Below the pieces are notes generated by a model. The model saw only the letters and a list, made by a program, of their open reading frames with translations, was not told the origin of the DNA and ran no database searches. Shown one piece after another: positions 12,532 through 22,200 of a DNA stretch of 64,000 bases; position 1 is the first letter of the stretch; every line of letters begins with the position of its first letter. Source of the stretch: Epithemia pelagica (Eukaryota; Protista; Bacillariophyta); assembly GCA_946965045.2 (NCBI GenBank), contig OX337230.1:310001-374000 (forward strand), in the 5' to 3' direction. The position numbers and the translations under genes are program-made.

Positions 12532-14895
12532 TCATTCAATGACTCCTCTTCTAGTTTGTTGGTTATCTTGATCGAAATGTGAATGACGAGACCCATGATA
12601 ATCTGATGTATTAGATCCTCTCGATCCTGGATGATCATCATTGAATCGATTCTGTCCATGCTGACAATACACTGGCCTGTCATGTTCAGGTTGCGAACCC
12701 CACTCATTTGTTCTGGGGCTTCGAGCTGTCGACAGGACGTTGTTCTGATTCCGTCCTCCCCATAGCCCATGTGGATTCTCTCTCTTGTCCTTGGTTCTTT
12801 CGTTATCATGTTGGGTTTGCTCTGTTCTATGTCTTTCTTCAGGCAGCTCACTCCGGTTACCCCAATTCGCAGGCATTGCAACGGAACGTGATGATTTATT
12901 TCCTCCCCGTTGCTGGTATTTAGGCTTCTCACCATCTGGTGACTGATAGATTGCTTTGTGTTCAGAAGGATGAGTATATGTTCTTTGAACAGAACGTGTC
13001 ATAGGACAGAAGTACAATAGACTTTGAATATCCTGGCTGCACACCATACATGTGTTGTGGCCCCGCTGCATCCAATCTCCAACACATTCCCGACAAAATG
13101 TATGACTACAAAGAAACAGTTCGCAATCCACTTTTCTGGTCATACAAATCGAACAAACCTCGGGCTTGTATTTTGTCTCACCTCCTCTTTGTTCTAGTGT
13201 TGACGGCTTGTTACTCACAGGTGATTTTTTTGATGATTCTTCAGGGCGTCCCTCAATCGTAGTTGTAGTGTCTTCGACTGTTTTCCTATGTCCCTCTTCA
13301 GGGAATCCCTCGCTTGTAGTTGTAGTTTCTTCCACTGTTTTCTTGTGTCCCTCTATCTTCTCCGCACCAAACATGTGGATGTTACTCTTGATCTTTTGTC
13401 CACACTGGGGACACCATACATTATGATACTTGAACCGTATTCGTAAGCAATTTCCGTGAACCAGATGTCCACATGGGATGAGGGTACAGACTTCGCTGTC
13501 TGTATCTGTTTTCAATGCCCTGTTACAGCATACACAAGAATCTGGACAATATACAACGGTCGGTAGCAATCGATTTATATCTCTCTTGGAAAGTTTGGAG
13601 TCAAGTAACACCTCTTTGGGTTCTAATCCCACCTTCGGGCACGGTATGAACAATATGTCACCATCCGTAGTCCACGTCTCTGAACACCCACCATCAGATA
13701 GATCGACGTTCTCCGTGTATTCGTATTTATCGGTACCACGTGAAAACCCCACTTCAACAGGATCGTCGTCGCTGTTGCCATCGAAATTGTCAGGTCCCAA
13801 CACCAAAGGAGAAATCGAATTGCCACCAACAGCATGCTCTAGTCCTCTCGAAAAATCATTATTGTACCGTATTTGATTACTCGAAAAACAATTGGATATC
13901 GTCATACTCATGTCTATCTGACCTTCTTTCCGACCCGGGTTTGGTCGACTACTCATTATGTTTCCAAGCATTCTGATCACAATAGCTTGTGGCATTGGCT
14001 TTGGAGTATCCTTCTTAGGTTCTGGCATTTTCACAATGCGATATCGCCACTTGTTACATTCCTTGTTTGTATCATGTGTTGTCTCATCTTCTTCCACTAA
14101 TGATGGGTCATAACATAGACTGACAGGCGGGGCACCTTTTGACGTATTGACCAGGTCCCATTTCCGTAGTACATGACGCGTCGTTCCTTCCCAGTATTGG
14201 TCTGATCGATTATGTATTGGTTCGTAGATATGAAGTATCTTTTTGTCGATTTCGAAAGCCAATAAAGCTGGGTCGCTGACATCAGTTGCTGTTGTCAAGG
14301 CAATGATCGCCAATATCAGTGTGTTCGGATCCTGTTGTCTCCATGATGACATAGGAATTTTCTTAGGAAATGGGTTCCTGTTTGCTTCATCAAATGTTAC
14401 TTTGTCAACATATACTAGGTTCTGATGGTTGTGATGGACCATCAATTTCAAACAAGTATAGAAAGACTCAATCGGCATGCCCGTCCTTGAAGTGTTGTAG
14501 CAAAGATCTCTCCGACGATGTCTATGTGGGATATGCAAAACACGCGTTGTAGGGTCCTGGTCATTCATCAACCCACTGTAAGACATGCATAGTGTGCACC
14601 TAAATAATGTCTTGATTTCGACATGCGTGTTGTCCTTCCCCATATTCTTAGCATACTGGGTTGCTAGCTTCATGGCCGACTTGATGTTCTCGTTGTTTCT
14701 GTTAGTTTGTTTTTCCGCGAACTTGTCTAAGTAACCGTCACCAATGTTGTCGATGGATTCATTCGAGTCCCATGAGTCTTTTCTTCTCTTCTGGTTTACT
14801 ATAGGATCATGAACGTGTGGAATTTCAATGAAAGGCGGTGGTACCATACCATCACCTGTCTCCTCATTTCCCTTGTTTATGGAAGCACAACGTCT
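12532..14895 (-). CDS. Double RING-finger protein exon, in frame with the downstream TET/JBP-like ORF
   Basis: CVCC...IPCGHLVHGNC...CPQC and CSIC...FLCSHTFCREC...CMVC. Splice acceptor TTAG at 14897-14896. Confidence 0.75.
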   Translation of the reverse strand, partial: RRCASINKGNEETGDGMVPPPFIEIPHVHDPIVNQKRRKDSWDSNESIDNIGDGYLDKFAEKQTNRNNENIKSAMKLATQYAKNMGKDNTHVEIKTLFRCTLCMSYSGLMNDQDPTTRVLHIPHRHRRRDLCYNTSRTGMPIESFYTCLKLMVHHNHQNLVYVDKVTFDEANRNPFPKKIPMSSWRQQDPNTLILAIIALTTATDVSDPALLAFEIDKKILHIYEPIHNRSDQYWEGTTRHVLRKWDLVNTSKGAPPVSLCYDPSLVEEDETTHDTNKECNKWRYRIVKMPEPKKDTPKPMPQAIVIRMLGNIMSSRPNPGRKEGQIDMSMTISNCFSSNQIRYNNDFSRGLEHAVGGNSISPLVLGPDNFDGNSDDDPVEVGFSRGTDKYEYTENVDLSDGGCSETWTTDGDILFIPCPKVGLEPKEVLLDSKLSKRDINRLLPTVVYCPDSCVCCNRALKTDTDSEVCTLIPCGHLVHGNCLRIRFKYHNVWCPQCGQKIKSNIHMFGAEKIEGHKKTVEETTTTSEGFPEEGHRKTVEDTTTTIEGRPEESSKKSPVSNKPSTLEQRGGETKYKPEVCSICMTRKVDCELFLCSHTFCRECVGDWMQRGHNTCMVCSQDIQSLLYFCPMTRSVQRTYTHPSEHKAIYQSPDGEKPKYQQRGGNKSSRSVAMPANWGNRSELPEERHRTEQTQHDNERTKDKRENPHGLWGGRNQNNVLSTARSPRTNEWGSQPEHDRPVYCQHGQNRFNDDHPGSRGSNTSDYHGSRHSHFDQDNQQTRRGVIE

Positions 14896-14971
14896 CTAAG
14901 ACAAAGAGATCAATCATTTTTGAGATTGTCTAATCCTTCTCGATTCTTGGCAAGTCGCTCGAACATCTTAC

Positions 14972-16064
14972 CTCGTTGTCTGCGGTTTTTTCATTGTCGT
15001 CGCTTATAATCTTCCTGACCTCTTCCACACGGTCTGATTTGAGGGCGACTTGGTTCGACGTTGTAATGGAAGTTGGTAGTACTTGTTCCTTTCTCTCGTC
15101 AGTAGGATCATTACCAGCCACGACCTTCTGTCTCTTTTTTGCCGGCGAGTCTGTACTCCGACGTTGCACGGCAATTTCTTTCGATTTCCTGGCAGACAGT
15201 AACTCTTGTTTTTCTATATAAACCAGTAGATCGTAGAACATACCGCCGTCGTCTCCGTTTCTTCCATATTGTACCAAAGAATCTCTTTCTTCAAGGTACA
15301 TCTTGAACCATGTGTCAGGCATCGTATACAACAGTGCTTTCTCCATTTGGATATTGGAAATCACGTCCATGTTCTCGTCCGATGTCGATTCTGAGATGAA
15401 ACGGTGTATGGCCACCAGGTACGAGACGCGGTTTCCTGTAAAGGGAGGAATCATCTAGAAGGTATCGTTTCAATGCTTCTCCAATCCCACCGATCCCCTT
15501 GCGTGTCTTCTTAGAGACTAAGCCATGAGAGGAAAGAAATCTGATAATGGTTTGTCTCAGATTCTCAGCACTGTCTATCACTGTCGTCCCAAATGCCTGA
15601 TTCCAAATATTGGAAACAGGACTGTAGAGAGTCTTTTTGAACAACAGTCGAGCAACCATTGGAGTCAACTTGTCATCATCATCCATCTCGTTCTTAATTC
15701 TTGTGAAACAGAAAACGGAGTGACAGATGATATCTTGGAATGCAGGCGAATAACAGATTGGTAGGAATATCTTCACATAATGGCCGTCATGTGGTACCTC
15801 CACTGTTGTCCATTTTCCTGATTTGTCTTGGAAAACACTTTCATACCAATTGAGGACACTTTCGTATGTAATGGGCATAATACCGGTGTAGTGAGATTCC
15901 TCGCTTGTGTGTGTTCGAAGTGTATGATTGGTACCAGAAACAGTCATAGTCGACACGTCCTTTCTTTTGTTTCGTACTTCATCATTCATTGAAGAAGGGT
16001 CACCAGGATTCTTGGCGGTCGGTGGCTTTTTGTAGCGAGGGCCCTTGATGCGGTTGCCCGCCAT
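14972..16064 (-). CDS. Upstream exons of the RING/TET gene, unknown N-terminal domain
   Basis: ORF 14930-15454 joins the RING frame through a 76-nt intron 14971-14896 (GAG|GTAAGA...TTAG|AGA, phase 0). ORF 15315-16064 joins by a frameshift or a weak-donor ~55-nt intron near 15440-15495. Confidence 0.5.
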
Positions 16065-16517
16065 TTTGTACTTGTCACGATGCGCTTTTTGTGTAGCGTC
16101 TTTGTTTCAACAACAACAACAACAACAAGGGTAGTCGAGGAAGCGCTTTAATTGTAGCGTCTTTGAGACAACCTTGTGTACTTGTCTAAACAGTAAAAAG
16201 TGTGCGCTGAATTGTGTAGCGTCTTTGGTTTGGTCCTGAACTCTGGTGGTAACAAAACAACAACCAAATCGAAGGAATACACTACGACGCGCTTTATGTG
16301 TAGCGTCTTGTTCGTTTTGATCCAACAATCGGTGCCAGAATTTGCTACTCCAAAACCAGGGGTTGGTTGGTTGTCCAAGCAATCTCGCGACAAGAATAGA
16401 ACAGAAGCAACTGGCTACCACCGTGTCACACTGCTTGCTTTGGGTCTGTTCTATTCAAGTCGGAGTATCACGAGGACAGGAGGGTTCTTGATAAACAACC
16501 TAACAGATAGCCCGAAA

Positions 16518-17600
16518 CCGCTTTAATTGTAATAGCGTGATTGGAATGAAGGACAGAGCTGAGTGAAACAAGCAACAATCAGACAGATGCCCCAAGCCGC
16601 TTTAATTGTAGCGTGGTGATTGGAATGGCAGAGCTGCAAGATAGTGCAAGTGTCAAAGATAGGACAAATGTCGACAATATTTCGAATGCTCTGGTGGTCG
16701 TTCTTCTTCTTGGGTTCCTCTTCTTCTTGTTTTCCTGTTGTAGCGGTTTTGGAGTGAAGGTCGTGGTTGAAAGGAAGCAAGCAACAATCAGACAGATGCC
16801 CCAAGCCGCTTTAGTTGTAGCGTGATTGGAATGGCAGAGCTGCAAGATAGTGCAAGTGTCAATGTCTCGAATGCTCTGGCCGTGCTGGAGTTCCTCTTCC
16901 TCTTCTTCTGGTGCAGCGGTTTTGGAGTGAAGTGTTGTAGCGGTTTTGGAGTGAAGGTCGTGGTTGAAAGGAAGCAAGCAACAATCAGACAGATGCCCCA
17001 AGCCGCTTTAGTTGTAGCGTGATTGGAATGGCAGAGCTGCAAGATAGTGCAAGTGTCAATGTCTCGAATGCTCCGGCCGTGCTTGAGTTCCTCTTCCTCT
17101 TCTTCTGGTGCAGCGGTTTTGGAGTGAAGTGTTGTAGCGGTTTTGGAGTGAAGGTCGTGGTTGAAAGGAAGCAAGCAACAATCAGACAGATGCCCCAAGC
17201 CGCTTTAGTTGTAGCGTGATTGGAATGGCAGAGCTGCAAGATCGTGCAAGTGTCAATGTCTCGAATGCTCTGGCCGTGCTTGAGTTCCTCTTCCTCTTCT
17301 TCTGGTGCAGCGGTTTTGGAGTGAAGGTGGCTGAAGAGGAAGCAAGCAACAAAAAGGTGGCTGAAAAGGAATCAAGCAACAATCAGACAGATGCCCCAAG
17401 CCGCTTTAATTGTAGCGTGATTGGAATGGCAGAGCTGTTAGGTTGGTGAAAGAAGTTGGATAGGTGAAAGGATTGAAAAGGGAATCTCGGCAGAGAGAAA
17501 GCAAGCAACAAAAAGGTGGCTGAAAAGGAACCAAGAAACAATCAGACAGATGCCCCAAGCCGCTTTAATTGTAGCGTGATTGGAATGGCAGAGCTGTTAG
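16518..17600. repeat. Minisatellite array, unit about 197 bp, about 7 full or partial units
   Basis: CCGCTTTA(A/G)TTGTA starts at 16518, 16597, 16806, 17003, 17200, 17401 and 17560. Confidence 0.95.
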
Positions 17601-17969
17601 GTTGATGAAAGAAGCTGGATAGATAATGGGATTGAACAGGGGAATCTCGATAGCGTTGGGTGATCGATTGCTGTTGTTGCTGCTGCTGCTGTTGTTGTTT
17701 GTTGTGGTGTGTTGGGTGGAGGTGGAGGGAGATGAATGAGCATCGATTCTGGTGGTCGTTGATTGTTGAATGACTAGTATGCTAAGTTGTTCGGTTTTGT
17801 TCGATGGATCAGAGTGTCGAGTTGGTAATCCCCGCGGTTAGGGTGATTGGGAAAGAGGATCCATCTGAGACATTCTTTGGGACATCCATGTGCGTCAGTC
17901 TTTCTGGCAGCTGCTGTGTGATGTGGTGGGAGTGGAAATTCGTGATTCAAAGGTGAGGGGACAGACGCT

Positions 17970-18288
17970 TGCGCATGAGGGTTGTGTCATGCGCGTCTCG
18001 GGGGGGGGGGGGGTCGAGCGCGCCAGATAGTTGTAGTGCGCATTATCGGAGTGTGGCGCGCGTTATTCGTGGTTTGATCGCGGGCTTGTGCGCATTAAAA
18101 TTGTTGCATGCGCGTGATAGTCAGCTCGATCTCTAGAACTAGCTAGAGAAATGTGCATTGTTAGACCTAGATTTGCAGATTTAGTTGGGAAAGCAGGATT
18201 ATAGTTAAAAACTGCGCATATAAAAATAAACTGCGCATAAAAAATTTTAATTCGGCGAATTTTTTCTAGAAATTCGCTTTTGGGGGTG
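17970..18288. repeat. Subterminal region: TGYGCAT motifs, G14 tract (18000-18013), hairpin 18255-18277
   Basis: TGYGCAT at 17970, 18037, 18089, 18152, 18213 and 18232. GCGAATTT-N7-AAATTCGC stem-loop. Confidence 0.7.
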
Positions 18289-18338
18289 GAAATCAAGCGC
18301 CAGGGCCCATTTCCCTCCTTAGATGGACGGGACGCACA

Positions 18339-19250
18339 TTGCGCTTTGACCCTATTGCGCTGTTTGCCACTGCCGGAACTGCGAGTTCCGGCATTGACTG
18401 TGCGGATGTCCATAAAGTCATCTTCCATGGAATACCTACGAGCCTCCAGGACCTACTCCAATGTTCTGGCCGATGTGGACGGAGTCCATTGGCTACTGCT
18501 TCCAATTCATCGTTTACCATCGTCTTCTCTTTAAACAGTCTCGTGTCCCTAATGACACGAATCTTCATCATACCTAAATATGAAGAGATGCAACGGAACA
18601 AGACATCAAACACAAGTGGAACCAACAACGACGAAGAGAACAACAGTCTCAATTCCAAGCCAGCTGCTGACAACTCCCTATCCTCCGAAGCACTCGCCAC
18701 ACGCCATTGGAATAATCTGTTGCCTGGTCTATCTCTGTTATGCTTGAACAACGGCCGCTGCATCCATTATCAAGTAGAGCAGGCAATGCTCCATCCATAT
18801 CATGAGAAGGTCTGTGATATGGCCATGTCATGCAATGGTGCATGTTGGCGGTGTACCCCACATCCTGTGTCAACTCCTTTGGATGGTAGAGTCGACAGAG
18901 TTGCCTTGCAAGACTACTTTGTCCAGATATTTATCACACGAAAACTTTCACCAGCTCAACTCTCCCTTCACAAGGAATGCTTTCTCAACGGACTGCTGCA
19001 GTACGAAACAATTGGGCCCGATGGGAAAGGAATCAAAGTCTTTGCCAAAAGGGTATTCAGATTGAAGGATAAGCGAGCCGCCCAACAACGTGCTAAAGCC
19101 TTGCTTCTGAAATGTTTTGCCTCGGAAATCCTAGAGCCAGATGTTGACGGTTTAAACCTCCGAGTGAAACTCGGTTATTATGCAAATGGAAACCCCCGGA
19201 TGAACTGTGACGGCGTTTGGTCTGGCTTCAACCTCTTCCCAACTACATAG
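18339..19250 (+). pseudogene. 5'-truncated RecQ-like SF2 helicase (C-terminal helicase domain plus Zn-binding region)
   Basis: FATAGTASSGIDCADVHKVIFHGIPTSLQDLLQCSGRCGR matches helicase motifs V-VI; followed by CIH...C...C...CWRC. No Walker A/DEAH half upstream. Confidence 0.8.
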
Positions 19251-19279
19251 TCTTTAATGTAAAGCTCTTCTAAATAATA

Positions 19280-22200
19280 TTAGTCAACCGAATTCTTGAA
19301 ACGTTCCAAAGCATCCAACGACCGATCGAGTATACTGTTGTCGCTGTTGTTGCCTGACATTGCATCCATCCATCCCAAACTCTCTCGTTTGTCCTCCATT
19401 TCTTCCAACCTCATATAAAGCTTGTACCGTAAAAAGTGATCCTCCCTCTCCTTTCGTTCTGCGTCTTTTGCTTTTGCCATGATAACATTTTTTCCGCGAT
19501 CGCTTCAAGAGCAAGTGCAACAACATCTTGTGACGCTGTTGCATTCATAGAGACAACCTTCATCCCTTTCAAAGACGCTTTTTCTCTCAGACCATCCGTA
19601 TTCTTGTTTTTCACACTGTCCGAGGTTTCTCCCTCCTCGTTCCCTTCCTGAGATGCCCAATCCTCATCCTCCTCTTCATCGCGTTGAGATGGACTATCGT
19701 CACCATCCAGCCTATCATCCATCAATTCAGCAGCCTCTTCCTCAATGATATCCTCAATTTGGGTCTCATTTATCTCCTGTTCATCATCAGCTTGCAAATT
19801 GCCTTCCCGGTTATTCTCATATTCTTCCTCGTTCTCTCCACCTTCTTCGTTGTTGTCGGCGTCCTCTTCATTATCTGACACCATCTCCACACTCGGCTGG
19901 GTTCCATAAAATGTTGTCTCCTCAATCACATCCACAACAACAGTTTCTTCGCCCTCACTGAAATACGACCTATCACCGACTGACTTCTCCCCATCCTCTT
20001 CGTTCATGGCATCTTCGAGGTTAATTTCCTCATCCTCATCGTCCTTATCCACATCCATTTCATCTGGTTCTTCACGATCAATGGCTTCTTCGTCTACACT
20101 ACGATCTTTGGCTTTGGAGAGAGGTCCCATCATTGCCTGTGCCTGGCATAACACATACTGATGTGTTGTGTCGGCCTCTGCCTTACCGTCGCCACCACAG
20201 CGTCGAAGCTTCTTCTGTATCTTCAATGTGACCATGTCCAATGCTCGCCAGAAATGGTCTCCATCCATAACACGAGAACTGCCGCGAGGAACCTCGTGGC
20301 ACTTCGCAAGGACAAGCAATTCCGTAACCAATACACGATTCAGTCGACTTCTCGGGTAAGTTGTTTTTTTGTTACGTTTGCCCGGATCAGCAACTTTTTC
20401 CTCATCCTGGCCTTGGCTGCCGTCTTCTTTCAATCGTTCCGCAAGTTCCGACTGGCCATCGGCACGACCACAAGTATAGAATTCCACAAAATGCTTGGCC
20501 CTTTGACAGGCCGTAAGCATTTGGGAAACTTTAATGAACGACGCTTCGGTTCCAAGATGGTTCATGCCCTTGAAAAAGGGCATGAGCCTTTCCATAATTT
20601 GGTCCAGCGCGCTTTCCTTTTGGAATACGGAAGGCACACTTCCAGCCCTTTGGCGTTTAGTCCTATTCAACCTGAGTTGTTGCAGGATTGAAATAGGTAT
20701 GCCATGGTAGTACACGTCCATAAGGCGGATCTGTGTGTTGAAAGAATTGCGCTTGTTGGTGATATAGAAATAGGGCAGGTAATCTACCACCATGGCTTCC
20801 ATAGCGATTGCATCACCGTGTTGCTCAGCCTCCAGGAATCGCATGTATTTCTTCGTCACCAACAGAAAGTTACAGAGATAGCGCCGTAGCCAGTATGCAC
20901 TTTCTCTAACTTCACGACTTAAGAAAGCCAAGTATGTTTTGGCTATGTGGACTGCCAGAGCTTCTGCACCGTTGTCTCCTTGTAATATATCATGAAGCTT
21001 TTCGGACTTGATACATTCGGAAATGAAGACATCCAGCATCAGCCGTTCTAACTCTTCATAAACTAGTGCAACCAGTCGATGGCATAATCTGTAGCTGCTA
21101 GAAACGTCAACAGGGTCGAGTCGTTTCCACTTCAGCCTATGCTGGAAGCACTGAAGGAACCCACCGTAGAAGAGCCTGTAGATTGATTCTAACATATGGA
21201 ATCGAACGTGGAGATCCCCCGTTATTGGAACAACTCTGTGGATGACCGTTGCTAGTGCAATGGCTTGTCGATAGGCCTGCCTGAATGAAACCGTCTTCGA
21301 ATCTGTTATAGCCATAACATCGTCAAAAAACTGAAAGATTCTGTCAATTGACAGACCGTCACCAACTACAAATAGCCATTTCTTCTGCCATGATGCACCG
21401 GGTTTGTAAATATTGCTATTCTCATCCCAATCCAAAAGACCGTGAAGGGTCATAAAGTCAAGGACAACACCAGTTGCACCGACCTTTGTCGTCTCGTCAA
21501 GCACCGACACTGGTAACATTAATAATTCCGCAACAGGTGGAATGTGTCGCCAAGTCCGAACAACTCTAGACGGAAACTGGCGCGCCATGGTGAAGACATT
21601 CGTGTCACGGTTCTTCCGGAGTCTGTTCATGGTAGCCCTGACAATGGCTCGTCGCGGACAGGTTGCAAATTGAACAGGCTGAAGGGTATAATCAAAATCG
21701 TGGCCAGCATGTCGTCGGATGGATAGGCAACGTTTTATCGTACGCAATTCTGCACACCAAGAGACCATTTGCACGTAGCAACGGACACGGGTACCGGAAC
21801 AATCGAAGGGGTTCCCATCGCGTTCAAGGTCTGACTTGTACGTGCCACGGAAAACAGAAGCTATGCTGTCAACCAAAGACGCGTCGGTGTTCCGATCGCA
21901 TTCAAAAGCCGGCATCTGGTACGGTGCCGGAATATCCTGTTGGAGGTATGTCAGAATTGGTCGAGCATGAAAGGAGTAGACCCATGATGGCATCTTTTCA
22001 AGGTACATGGCCATCACAAAACGGGCTGTAACTCTGGTGTAGATTGCACTCTGGCCAAATTGGAAAGATAGTCGCCTGCCATCTTGGAGGTTGTCGAAAA
22101 CACATAGCAGATTGGTGACATTTCTTATGGATCGTTTGACTTTGTTGTCGTAGGAGCGAAGACTTTCAGCAACACGTCGTTCCATCGTCCTCTTCGAGAC

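Larger units (their letters stand above)
1..18288. mobile_element. Large Plavaka/CMC-like DNA transposon (left end outside window) carrying cargo genes
   Basis: Plavaka-type transposase at 2844-6701 with TE-like accessory ORFs. ATGCRCA motifs cluster at 6-192 and their inverse TGYGCAT at 17970-18238. Candidate right terminus ...TTTTGGGGGTG at 18288 reads CAC... on the minus strand. The right boundary is inferred. Confidence 0.65.

Noticed and set aside
11748-12935. 395-aa alternative-frame ORF overlapping the RING/TET junction
   Set aside because: It overlaps a repetitive R/H/D/N-rich coding region where alternative frames stay open easily; no recognisable features.
14000-14450. Ulp1/C48 protease-like strand pattern (LILAII...ALLAFEIDKKILHIYEP)
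   Set aside because: No catalytic His-Trp or Gln-Cys motifs visible; too weak without a profile search.
16523-17449. Multiple similar ORFs (MGHLSDCCLLP..., MQLCHSNH...)
   Set aside because: By-products of the ~197-bp tandem repeat; no domain and inconsistent frames.
16518-17600. Array as a CRISPR locus
   Set aside because: The whole unit repeats with no unique spacers, no cas genes, and the context is eukaryotic.
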